From contig JAQGDQ010000144.1 in NCBI GenBank assembly GCA_030141605.1, positions 441,553 through 505,552 on the forward strand: DNA of 64,000 nucleotides, given 5' to 3'. The position numbers were made by a program, and so were the translations under genes. This document shows, piece after piece, positions 1 to 13,200 of this stretch (positions are counted from its first letter, which is position 1; each line of letters starts with the position of its first letter). The stretch comes from Tubiluchus corallicola (taxonomy: Eukaryota; Animalia; Priapulida). Under the pieces are notes generated by a model. That model was not told the origin of the DNA. It saw only the letters and a program-made list of their open reading frames with translations, and searched no databases.

Positions 1-83
1 TCCGTATCCATTGGAATTCTCGTGATTGAGTTTGCATTTTAATGTTTTTGGCTGATTGGTTGATACCATTATTTTCATACTAG

Positions 84-3000
84 GAGTCAAATGTAGCAAA
101 GGAAGAAAATGAGATTACTACAAACATGGTGGAGATGGCTAATGTCAACAACAGGATCAAGAATTATCAGAAGGAGTTGAGAGAAATCAACAAGGAAATA
201 GAGGAATTGAACAAAGTCGTAACACGTGGAGAGCGTGAAGTGACACGCCGTACGGGAATGATTGAACGAAAGCAAGTGTTGATTGATCAGCAGTATAGCA
301 AACTGGACCAATTTCTCAGCCAAACTGGGGTAATGTACTTTTTTAATTTTTACTAGCAAAAAAACAGATAAATTGGTTCGCAGACGCTTTTCAGAAAATC
401 ATAATGAGATGTTTTCTTAATTTATTCCTATTTAAAAAAAGTGACATAGGAGATAATTTGTTTTTTCTACACGTCTACTATTTTATAAAGAAAGACGACA
501 CAAACTGATTGAGTCAACAACTAGGGTGAAATATTTTTTTCTGTGACCAGCAGTTGTCACGTTTAACAAGTAATAATATCCTCGCCAATAGATTAAATGG
601 AAAAACTGCTACTTTACTGAGCATATGCTTTAGTGAATAACGGGAAATATTTTAGCATTTCTTATAGAAAGCACTGGAAGAATGGAGTTGCTGCAAGAAG
701 TAAATTCATTGATATTTGTGATTTTGTTTTTGACCAACATTTATTCCCTACGAGAATCTGCTTTTTGTGCTATGTTATCACAATTTTTTACACTTCTTTT
801 ATTTCAGGGAGTGGAATTAGGACCACTGGAGATTCAGATCAACTCACTGAATAAATCTATAGATGCAGCAGAAAGAGAAACAGAAGATATGCAAAAACAG
901 TGGCTACGTGATCAAACAGAGCTAGTTAAATACATAAAGGAACAAAACCAGCAAAGTCAGGAGATTACAGAGTTAACAAAGCGTCTTAACATCCTGGCTC
1001 AGAAAAAGCTAAGAATTGAGGGTATGGCGAAGCATGATGCAGGAATCTGTTATGTTTTACAGAAAATATTTCCCGGTTTTACACTTTGGACACTGCTGTG
1101 TGTTTTTCTCGTATAAGTAGTTAGGTGAACCAAGCAAGCATTAGGGCCTATTTGATTTATCATTAGTTTGAATGTATTATTGAGAAACATACTTTATTTA
1201 CTACAAACATAGGCAACTAACATGTATATACAGATGCAAATTTTCTAATTTGCAGGTGAGATTGAAGAACAAGAGAATGAAGTAAAGGATTACAATAGGA
1301 ATATGCGAAGTTTACAAAATGACATGGTTAAACTAAACAATTTATTACACAAAGAGAAAGGTTTGCAAACTACACTTGAAGAAGAGAACGTTCTGGTTGC
1401 TAATGATTTCGTAAAGGCATTAAAGGTAACAATGAGATGTAATATCAAGGGCATACCAATTTATTACTATTATTAATTGTTCACCAGTTTTTGTTAACCT
1501 CTATACTAATAAGTATTGTGATTCTATTAGGAATTCTTAAGTTTGTCCAATTTAAACTCTCTGCGTTATATATACAATGTTTTTAAGCATGATAACTGCA
1601 GTCAGTCCTCATATGTAATATCAGCTCTCAGATGCCGTTAAATTTGATTCATATTAATTATGGAAAGAACCTACAATAAACTGAAATTTTCAAAACAAAA
1701 CAAAACAGGAAGCGTGTTTAAAGACAGCCTGGATTTGAACCAGGGACCTTCCGCTAGCTTGGCAGATGCCATTTTCTATAGGCTGCCATGTCCACAGTGA
1801 TCTTGACAGGTTCCAATTCTAATTTGTTAGTATTACTCTAGCAAGAGAGCGGTTATGGCTTCTGCCAGGTTAGCGGAAGGACCCTGGTTCAAATAAACAG
1901 GCTATGTCCCAATTTTTTCACAATGCCTGTTTTCAAGTAAGTCAGGTTTAAAAAGTTTCAATAATTATTGTGGGTTTGTTCCACTATTAATTATAATCTT
2001 AAAAATTGCGATTACTATAAATAATTACATTATGTGTTGGTTGTTAGGAAAGTGAGTCATATTTGACCTTGAACCAGGAAAATATTGCAGCATACAAATA
2101 GCATGTGAACAGGAGATACTCCTGGAAAATTCAAACATAAAAATTTGATTGAAATTAAGACTATTTCCATTTTTTACTTAAATGAGAGCAACTGGCAAAT
2201 GAGAGGAAGTTTATTGTATCCTTACATACAAATGATAAACAAAAAAATCTACACACAGTCTAGGCAGCTCTGCATTGCTAATCTTTTTTTCAATAATGAA
2301 AAATTCCTGCATGTACTATTTGAAAATTTTTCTTATTGATTACTCTACTCATTGAATGAATGTTACAGGAGCAAGAACTAGCAGCCATTCAAGACAAAAA
2401 TCAGCTAGAAGCCATCAATGAAGAAAAGAAACAGATTTACAATAGTTTGATTGAAGCTCAGTAAGTTCACCTGCAATTAACCTGCAAAAAAGTAGTAATC
2501 AAATTAATTGAAAGCAAAGGCAATTTCTGCAAGCAACTGACTCATTTTCATGGACCATTGCCAAAATATTTTTTCGTATGTCGTTTAGCATTCTAAATTC
2601 TAAAAGTGAAGTGGACACAAAATCCACTAAAAATAATATTTAATTGACTGCATTCCACTTCTCCTGTTCATCCTTATCCTCATTTCAGACGACAGATCAT
2701 GCTTTGGGAGAAGAAAATACAGATGGCTCGTGAAGCCAAAGCAACTGTATCTTCAGAAGACGGTGGTGGTGAAATAAAGGCTATGAAGAAAGAGATCCAT
2801 CGAATGGAGGCAAGCATCTTGGCATTGCAATATTTACATATTATTCACTTATATATTCCTTGAGCTTAATTATGCCTAATGCTAATTAATCTGCTTGCAC
2901 TTGGACATCGAGGAAAATACGAGCAGTAAGTCTCTGTTAAACAATTGGTTTGTGATGATCATACTGTTATCACCAATGCTTTGCTGTAGATGTAGTATAC

Positions 3001-4954
3001 ACAGTAAAGGATAAAAACTGACACCAGTGAGGCGATTCCTAACAATTTTTCAAACTCCTGTTCCAGTTATTAGTAGCAGATAATGTTTTTTAGGTTCATT
3101 ATTCCTCGCTTCTGAGAGAACAAGAGAAACTCATACAAGCCATGGAGAAATCCGTCTCCGTAAGAGACACGATTGCAACTCGGGGAGAAGCACTAGCCAA
3201 GAACAAGTTCACTGTTACAAAGGCAACTTTTGAACAGCAGCTGAGCGAAATGAGACGAAAAATAAAGGAACAACAAAAGGTAAATGATAAGCAACTTGAG
3301 GAACAGCAAAAATTCACAACCATGTGTAGCTGTACTATTATGTCATTCTCTGTGATTTCATTTTTTGTGTTACACCTAGCCTAACAAGATCTTGCAAATA
3401 CAGTGTTCCCTCACTTCCAGGCCCACCCGTGATAAGTGAATTTCTGCGAAGTAGGGATGCTATACTACATTTAGTTTTTGGTGTGTATTCATCTGCCGAA
3501 TAAATACACTATTTACTGTAAATGTTAATTTTTATGATTTATAATATTCTTTTAATGTTAGAATTAATATTTTTAATATATTTTTATACATTTTGTGATT
3601 TTTTATGCAAAATTCATCAAATCTATACATTACTGTACAATACGTATTATGCATGTGCAAAAATACTTTATAGACGGAGTACCGCAAAAACCCGCGAAAC
3701 AGCGCAAATACCGCAATAAATATTTTACATTAATATTTTTGAAAACCCGCGAAACCGTGATAAACGAACCGCGAAGTAGCAAGGGAACATTGTAAACAAT
3801 AACTACAAAACATTATTCGATGTTTTATTAAGAATGAATGCATTATCAAGGTTATCACTCTCTTTTCCTTTGAGCGTATTGATAAATTTATATGTTAGCT
3901 CCAAGTTCCAACCCTTTTTAGCTGAATTCATTTACATAAAAGTCATTGCTGATACCAGCTGTTTGCACTATGCTACTGTCCAATGACCAGGCATGGCGGG
4001 AGCTGAAAATGGAGGCGGTCATTCCTTCCTATGTTTTCTAAGTAATTGAAAATGATAACAAAAACTTTTTGAAATGTTTTATTTCTCTCCTTTTGTAATA
4101 ATTATTTCCAAAACAGGAGAGTGAGAGAAGTGAGCAAGAAATGAAGGAATTAGCAAAAAATCAACAAGAAATTGGAGAACAGTTGGACAATGTGCATACT
4201 TCTGTGCAACAGATGCAAACCGAGTTAACACGAACAGAGGATAAGATCGATCAAATGAGCTTTACTAAGCAGAGGGTATGCATGTTTTTCACATATTTCA
4301 GAAATAATTTTAAAAGCAGAGCAGTACTAGTTATAGCAAGTAATTGATTGGTTGACTGAAGTGGATCGAGCATGATTAATCACTGTATATGCATATTCGT
4401 AAGATACATTCTGGTTAAAGTCAATCCAGAGACTCGTTTTGTCAGCTTGATGTTACTTCAAAGTCTTCATTAATTTTCAGTGAGAATGCCTGTTGTTTGC
4501 AACTATGAACAAAAATTCTGCAATAAATGTACTGATTTTTGAATCTTGAGAAATTAATAACCACCATAATGGTTCTACTTTCAAATAAATATAGAATTAC
4601 ATAAACAGAACATGGTCCAATTAAAATTGCAAAATCTCAAAATCACTATATCGTGAGAGCACACATGTGAACATATACATTATTCTCATCTTGCAGTGAA
4701 AAAAGATCAATTCTTTCTCACTTGCATTTCAGAACCTCACAGCCATAGTCAGCAAACAGCAAAAGAGCAAATACTACCAACAAATAAACGAAGGCAAATA
4801 CAAATTGTTGTGCAAGGATGAAGCTGTAGTGGCAACCGAGTTTCAGCGGCAAGAGAAACGTTTGGAAGCACTCGATGACATTCTCAGCAACTTATCGCAA
4901 GAGTACTCACACGTGGCACCTCATCTAGACAAAGTCAGGGCGCAGTTGATCTAA
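84..4954 (+). CDS. CCDC40: Coiled-coil domain-containing protein 40 (axonemal ruler subunit), 3' part; 5' exons lie upstream of the window
   Basis: Phase-consistent exons 84-329, 808-1021, 1256-1425, 2369-2460, 2689-2809, 3094-3279, 4117-4275, 4733-4954 (TAA). The translation contains [33 protein letters not shown] and [13 protein letters not shown], which match recalled CCDC40 C-terminal motifs. Confidence 0.9.
1650..1995. mobile_element. Foldback (palindromic) element whose two arms each carry a tRNA/SINE-like B-box segment
   Basis: 1724-1772 (acagcctggatttgaaccagggaccttccgctagcttggcagatgccat) is nearly the reverse complement of 1855-1907. The flanks ~1650-1720 and ~1920-1995 are also inverted-similar. 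A GGTTCAAAT(CC) B-box-like motif is present in both arms. Confidence 0.6.
3401..3792. mobile_element. Non-autonomous Tc1/mariner-pogo (Tigger-like) MITE
   Basis: TIRs CAGTGTTCCCT ... AGGGAACATTG, flanked by TA on both sides, with subterminal CCGCGAA/CCGTGATAA repeats and an AT-rich core. Confidence 0.75.
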
Positions 4955-7270
4955 TTGTCAAGTACAGCATACGTTGCTACTGCACATTTTTGAACACACA
5001 TCGTTGCAAGCATTAGTTTTACTTTGAGTCGAAATGAACACACGAATATTGTTAACATGTGTTTCTCTGACTACATAGCTGTGCATATTATTTTGCAAAT
5101 TTCTCCTGCATGTTTCTCCTCAACAGTTATAACACTATCAAATTCGCTATGACAACATAAGACAAATTACAACATTATTCAGCAATGCCTGGAACAGTTC
5201 TTTTAGTGTTCCAGGCGTCAGTTTCACAAAGCTGTCACTAAGTAAACGACGTCATTATTAATAGTTAAGTGAATGTAATAATGATGTCGTTAACTTTAGT
5301 GATGGCTTTGTGAAACCGGTCCTAGTACTTTTAGTGGAGTGTTCTGGAACAGATAACGGTAGCATTCTTAAATATAGAAATGATTTGGATACAAAGTGTT
5401 GTAAACTAATGTGTCATGTTCAAGATTTGATTCAAATTATCTTGCAGCTCGAATCAATAAAGTTTATTTTGCTAATGTTTAGCAAGTTTTCCTGCGAATT
5501 TAAAAAAAAACTAAAAGCCAAAAGTTGTTTGAAAAAATTTATTTATAAATCACTTTTTACATTATGCATTGCAAATAGTCTTTACGATTATTTAACCACA
5601 GAAATTTTTTGCAAAAAGATAATTTTCAATGATGCTAATCAAGAATCAAAGATATAGTGTTTAGCCATTCATTTACATGTAAATTACTGACAATTAGAAA
5701 GTTTCAGTAAAGTCATTTAGTACTATTTTCTTACAATCATCGAATCTATTCTAAAAAAATGCGCATCAACTTTTTGTAAAATTAACTGTGGGTTTAAATA
5801 TTTGTGTGTTATAATACAGAATTAATTTTACCTACACAGAACAGCTTCATCACTGTCTGTCTACTAGCTGTTGCTCTTTAAGAATTGCTTCATTGTTATA
5901 TAAGTTTTAAACATTTAACAATAATTAAATACAGTAACAATATTTACAACGATGTCCCCATCTGTATCCACATTGCGTTTCATGACAAATTAGAAATTTC
6001 AAAGCAAGAAAAAGTTGCTTAGCAAACCTGTACACTGTGCCACAAATGGCAAGAAGTGCCCTGTAGTTAACACATCAACTAAAAAGCAACTCAGCATAAT
6101 GCTTTTTTCTTCTAGTTTTTTACTATAAGAAAATATGTTTGTCTTTATCTGATTACAACAATAAGCAAATAAAACATGAACAAACCACAGCAGCGGACTC
6201 ACTAAAAAGAAATACATAAAACTTATAATTATAAAAGCTGTCTTTTCAGGATATGTTCAATTTCTTGTGTGAAAATTCAGCGCCACTGTAACACAAACGT
6301 TAACACTGTTTACAGTGGTTTATCTTTATGCAAATAGAAGTAGCAAAATTTGTTATGCTAACTACGTTTTACCATTACACAAGGTATTGATATACAGCAG
6401 CCTAATGGAACAGTCTTTATTACAAAAAGCTTCAGTCTGTACTCTGTAGTGAGTTGGACATTACTGAAGTTAATGCTGGCATAATTAATAATAGCTTAGA
6501 ATATCTATAAAGAAAGAGATGAGAGATGCCACTTATAACAGAGATTTGATTTGAAGAGAACAAATAGTTGTAATGATAGCTTAGCATATCTAAACTGAGA
6601 TGACTACAGCAGAGATCATGTCAGTAATTTGTATAATTATAACATTACCTGTGGAGATAGATTTTAATAGAACAAATAAGTGTTGACTCATCAATGTCAA
6701 TGTTGGAGAAAAAGCAATTGGTGCATGCAGACTGCCAAATGATGGTATACTTTTACCATTGTTGCTTGTTTAGAATAAAATTTCAAATAAGAAATTTTCT
6801 TATATTAAATTTACTAAATTTTCCTATTTTAAGAAATTTGAACTCTCATAATTTTACAAAGTTTATCGTCTGTTGCATTACAGTTTTACAGCTGTAATTG
6901 CTTTTCTAACAACTGCACCATACTACCTTTAGCTGTCTCCAGTTTTACTTTGGAAAAGTACAAGACTTGACATTCTCCTCAAGAAATAGTATGGTTGTGA
7001 GCCTTTCAAAATTTAAAATGCAGAGAGCTACCTCTACAGATTGCTACACGAATTTGTTTTTCACATTTCAACTAACTTAGTGTGCTTAATTCACAAAAAT
7101 TAGAATACCCCAACGTTACTTAAAAAAATTTACACAAATATTACCTAAAATTGAGATGTTGAATTGGACAAAAGCAAGTAAAAGTTTCCTTTAATACTAG
7201 ATCATCATAAAAACAATGACAGAGCTGCTGTAGTTGTGTATTATTTGTATAAAACCCTGCAATAGCAAGA

Positions 7271-10200
7271 TCACAGCATGGCAGACTTAACTGAATTTGT
7301 GAGGGTTTCCGTACTACCCACATCTGTCTTTTCTTCTTCCTCAAGAAGCTGCGCTGTACTGCTAGAAGATTCGTAACTCTCACCACTCACCTGGAAAATT
7401 TTAGATTTGGGTTACCATAGTGTAAAAATAAAAAATTAATATTACCCGTGCTTTAGCCAGGGAGTTGAACTGCAAAACCACGATAAACAACTGACTTACG
7501 GTAAACTGTCTCGAACTTATTACTCTTGAAAAATTTGAATGACAATATAAAATTATAATAATATCGTAGAATTGTAAATTTGTGATCTTTAGCTATTTAC
7601 AGTAGGCAAAACTTGAAATTACTTCTCTGCATTTTAGGGCACTAAGATGCGAATTTACAAAGAATTAATTAAAATTAAATTCAGTACTATATTTCTTTCC
7701 AGCAAGAACTTAATCAGGGAAAAAAAGTTTTGTAATGCGTCTACCATAAATATTCGTGCATTAATGTCACATAACACAACAAATGAAGGTACAAAATGAA
7801 ATGATAAGTAACTTTTCATTATTACCTGATCTAAGTTATCCTCAACTGCAAGTTGTCCTGCACGACAATTACCATCCCGTGATTGTTCTTGTGCTGATTC
7901 GGATATTTCTTCAGCTAAAAAGAAATTAGAGATATTGAAAAACTACCACATAAAACCAATGTAATTGCTCAAATCTGATATTCTTGACATGCTATGCTGA
8001 CTTTTAATAATGTAAAAAATTACATGTAGAAGCAGAATCATAAGAAGCTGTTAACTTTTCTAAATACAATGCAAAAAAGGTAAATTGTTTTATTAGTTTG
8101 CATGTTCCCACCCAGAATAATAATCTCTGAAGTAGCTAATTATCTGTACCTGCTTCCACCTCCTCGTGATCACTTTCTCCAGCCTCCTGCTCCTCCTCTT
8201 CTTTTGCAGGTAACTCCTCAGTTGCATCACAATCTGGCTGGTCATTCACAACTTCATCTGTTGTGGGAGAGCCAGTAACAACGTATTTAGCTCTAGAACC
8301 CTGTAATACGACATGTAATCATTTAGTTATTACAAATGCAATCACATTATCAAGCCCATCAACATGAGACTGCACCTTTTTTAATGTGCTGGTTGTACCA
8401 AAGCTGACTGTGCAGTGAGACAAATGTATTCCAGTAAATATATGACAAATTGAGTTGTGAGTAAACCTATTTACAGACACAAACATACATGTTATTTCGC
8501 ATTTTTGGCAGAGAAATAAAACACATGAATTAAATCACATTTCTTTTCACTTTGTATCATTTTCTCAGTAAACTTCAGAATTGTTTTCTGATTTTGGCAA
8601 CCAATTATGTCAAACTGATTTTTGAGTACATGGTGTGTGCTTCCCAGTCGAAGTTAAATAGCCAAAGCTGGTCATTTGGTATGTGAATGCCAAATAACTG
8701 GCTGCCTTGCCTTGATGAGTCCAGAATGTCTTGCTGCAACCACTCGCAAAACTAGACTTTGGCTTTTAATGCTGAATTCCAGCTTGCAGTCCAACAAATT
8801 ATACAAAAAATAAAATCTGTTACTCTTTTTGTTACTTTAAAAATGCCTGGAATATTAGCTTTGTCAAGGAAACTTGTGGAAAGTCTACATTCAATGCAAA
8901 GCATAAAACTCACACTTGAAAAACAGGTATTTATTAGTAACTACTTATTGTGACAGGATGAACATAATGGTTACGATGGTTGCTCTCCTGAAATCCATAC
9001 CTTGTTTTTTGGTACAGTTTCATTTACTATTTCTACTCTGTCATCTTGAGGTACATATAGAACAGCGTCTTCTGTCGCACTTATGCCAATTTCAGCCGTT
9101 CTATCCTTGGTCCGAGTTTTGGCCTTCTGTTTTCCGGATTCCTTCACAGGTTTGGATGTGACACCTGTCATGATTATCTGCAAAAAATATTAAAACAATA
9201 ATATTTGTGTTTAAAAGTTGGAAAATTATTTGATAATTTCGTCACTGTGTCCTAGAACACTTAATTATGACACAACATGCTATGTTGGCTTTAATGTGTA
9301 TAAATTATGCTGTATACTCAACAAACAATCTATTAATAATTAATACGATTAGTTATAATGCAAAAAATAATACCAAAAGAAGCAGAGTCATTACAAACCT
9401 CGGGTGTTTCACATTTGTTTTGAGCTGTAGCTCTCGGTACGACATCTGGGGAATTGCTCAAAACATTTCCTTCTGTTGCTGCAGGTTCATCTGATGTATC
9501 ACCATGTACAACTCTGTAAAACATTTGATTTTCTAGCACAACAAGCTGAAATAGTTCTTTATACACTGAACAATGTAATTCACTCAAAGGCAGGGCCCTC
9601 TCAAAGACATGGCCAAAGAAATGAGCACATTAACAAGAATATGTTAATATGTTATCCATGTTTAATGAAGAATTAATAGTAATAATAAAATATACTTCTA
9701 AAATGACCAATGACCCAGGAGAGGTATCACAGCCACAATTCTACTGTACATACACCCTCACACCCATGTGTTACACAGCCAAGGTTTAAGCATGTTAACG
9801 CCCAAAGCAAGTATCAAACTCAAACCATTCAGAATGAAGCATGGGAACTCTACCACTAGACTAGAAAACATGCCACAATTACAGTACAAGTAACAGTGCA
9901 ATTTTGGGCACAAAGAAATTGTAAAATAGCTCAGGAATCTTAAAATTGTAACTTGTAAACAGACTTCGAACTGAACTATATGTACACTGCTACAAAATTA
10001 AATTACATCACATTATTGACTTTCAAACAAACCAAAAGTTGGGAACTCCACACAAAAAAGTCACATTTTCAATACCAAAAATATTCCAGTGGTTAAAAAC
10101 TATATCTCAATAAAATATTGAAATCCTAATTACAGAAATACTATACTTCCTAGATTACAGACTAAAAAAATTACATAATTATTAACCATACAAGTTATGT

Positions 10201-13200
10201 GCATAGAATAAATATTTTACACCTACCCATTCGGTACTTGTCTTCGTAATAACTCTACATTGCTGTATGACGGTGGTGGTGTAATATTTCCATTTAAACC
10301 GTCCTCACATGTTAAATTAGCTGCAGGTGCTGCACTTGATGCACAGGTCGGTCCATTTAAAGCTTCTATAAGTGATATGGCTTCATATCCCGGCGGAACT
10401 CCCTCTTGATTTGCCTGTGTCAAAAACATTGAATTTTGTTCTTTATGACATTGTCTGTAAGTCCAGGGTATTATATTATGTTCCAAATGTGTTACAAAAG
10501 AAACAGGCAAAACAGGCGAAACTAATAAACTACGAACCTATTCAAAATTTAAACAAGAATTTGAAGTCGAGAAGTATCTTCTTTTTATACATAATCATGT
10601 ACCAAGATCGAACTTCGATAAACTGCGTAACAGTTCTCACAACTTGTATATAGAAAAAGGCCGACATTGTATATCCAAAATACCTGTTAACAATCGAATA
10701 TGTAAATATTGCAATGAAGGAAAAATTGAAGATGAAATGCATTTTGTACTTGACTGTAAAAATTATTGTGATTTAAGGTTAAATTTATTCAGTTCTATTG
10801 CGAAAATCTTTCCTGCTTTTATTATTCTACCTATGGACCAAAAATTTATTTTGCTGTTAAGAGGTAGTTTTTTTTTAAACGACAAACTTAGTGTCAAGAT
10901 ATATTACTGAGTGTTTTATAAAACAAAATTTACAAAATTGAGCTTACCTGTTATTCTATTTAATGGTGTAAGATCTTCATTATGTACGATAATTCTTATG
11001 CACACTTTAAATGTATGTTACCATTTTGTAAAATGTAATTTTAATATAATACTAGGTTCTACAGTATAAATTTGTTGGAAAATGTAATTTTAATTCTAAA
11101 ATTCATTGTGTAATAAACTTTGTAAATATCTTAATATAATATAATATAATATAATATAATATAATATAATATAATATAATATAATATAATATAATATAAT
11201 ATAATATAATATAATATAATATAATATAATATAATATAATATAATATAATATAATATAATATAATATAATATAATATAATATAACATAACATAACATAAT
11301 ATAATATAATATAATATAATATAATATAATATAATATAATATAATTGAAATATTGTAATTGTAATTGTAAATCGTTAATAAATATTATTTCATTATACAA
11401 CTGTAGTGGACCAATATCAGTTCAATCAATGTAAGTGTGAGAATAAAACTTTAAAATCTACTAGTGCTTTCCCAAGGTTAAAAAACCCCAATGCAATAAT
11501 AAAAAATTCCACTTCAGTTAAGTCAAGCGATGCGTTTTTTCAATTTCACTACTGTGGGGTTTTTAGGTGCCCCACTTCTTGTCAATAAGATTTAATTCAG
11601 TGTTACTATAATTCAACATTCGTGTCCAATTTTCTATTTTTCTTTACTTCCCCATGTAAAATTTACACAAGAAAAGGTAGCATTAAATGATGAAGTAAAT
11701 TTATAAAGAAATTACAGTCAAACCTGTTTATACCACCTGCTTTGGGATTGCAAAAAAGTTGGTGTTACAAGTCTGGGATTGCAACGAGGTGAATTAATAT
11801 ATACATGTCCATATAAATATAGACATTTTGTTTTGCTTTGGGCGTTAACACAGATCTAGGCATTTTAAAGGGATGGTTATAATGAGGTTTGGTTATACTG
11901 AGGTTTGACTGAACAAGTTCTTCTCTAACCTACGTTTTGGAATTTAAAAGTGTTTTAGGCATTCTATTTTCTACTGAAACACTATAAACAAGTAGAACTT
12001 TCAATTAAACAAGCTAAACAACATGTTAATGATAACTTTTATAAAAATGTAAAATTTGAGGTTCTTTGAAACACTAGTTACCAGTTTATCTACAATTGCT
12101 TTAATTATTAATAAAGCTAGCAAAATCATCCTACATGTTATAATAATTTACAACAACCAAAATTCTCACAGATTAATTTTAAAATAAAATCAGCATAGTT
12201 TTGCTTTTTACTTAAAGATCTGTTCTAGATGTCATTATTAAACTTGAAAGCTACTGTTCTATAAAGCTAGAGTGAGTTTTATTAAAGTTTGCACCTTTTC
12301 AATGTTTTGTACACTTTATTAATTGTGCCAACTGTCAATAGTAACATTTTTCTTACGTATAAAGAATTTATCTGTAAAAGCAGAAAGTTAAAACACTGTG
12401 AGTGCTTCTTCAAATGTTTATGGTTCTCTCAATGTCTTAATAGGATAATTCAAAGCAAATATTCGATAAAAAAGCAAAGTCCAGGTCCGTTCCAAAAGCG
12501 TTGAAAATTTACTACATTAAAATTCTGCATATGACATTAGTACTGTACATAAGTTTAAAAAACATTTTTTCTAGAAAATTTGTAAAATAAGTAGAATATT
12601 ATTATGTACGAAATGAAGTAAAAAGTCAAACAACTATAGCTTAATAACTAACGTGTTTAAGCATACCTGATTATCTTCAGATTCTGTAGGCGGCAGTGCT
12701 TGTACGTGAGCGTTAGGCGATTTCTTGCGAAGTGCTCGAATCTGAAGCAATGCCCTGAACGGCGAGCGACATATTGGACAGTTATTAGCTTGGTAACGCA
12801 GCGAATCGGCACAACAGTTACACAGACATAGATGGCGACACGGCAAGATCAGAGTGTCACGAACTTCTGACATGCAAATGACGCATTCAGAACCATTATC
12901 ATCTATTTCATCTTCATCACGCTAAAACAAAAAAGCTTAGGTAAAGCGTGAATAGAAAAGAAAATTCTGTGCAATAAAATCTTATGCAATAACAAACTAG
13001 TTATAGGAATATAAGTATATGTATGTATGTAAGTACATGTTAGGGAAAACGTCTAATAAAACATAACATTAATTTTGCCTGTATTTGGATGAACAGATTT
13101 ATGGATATATAACTTCCATAACTACAGATCCAATGACAGCACCATCGTCATCAATTAATCCACACATCAAACGAAAAGTCCTGGTATAGTGTGACTCCCA

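Noticed and set aside
1855-1907. tRNA gene
   Set aside because: It has a B-box-like arm but no complete cloverleaf, and it is part of an inverted repeat family.
11096-11400. ORFs of repeating YYIIL
   Set aside because: They are translations of the (TATAA)n microsatellite.
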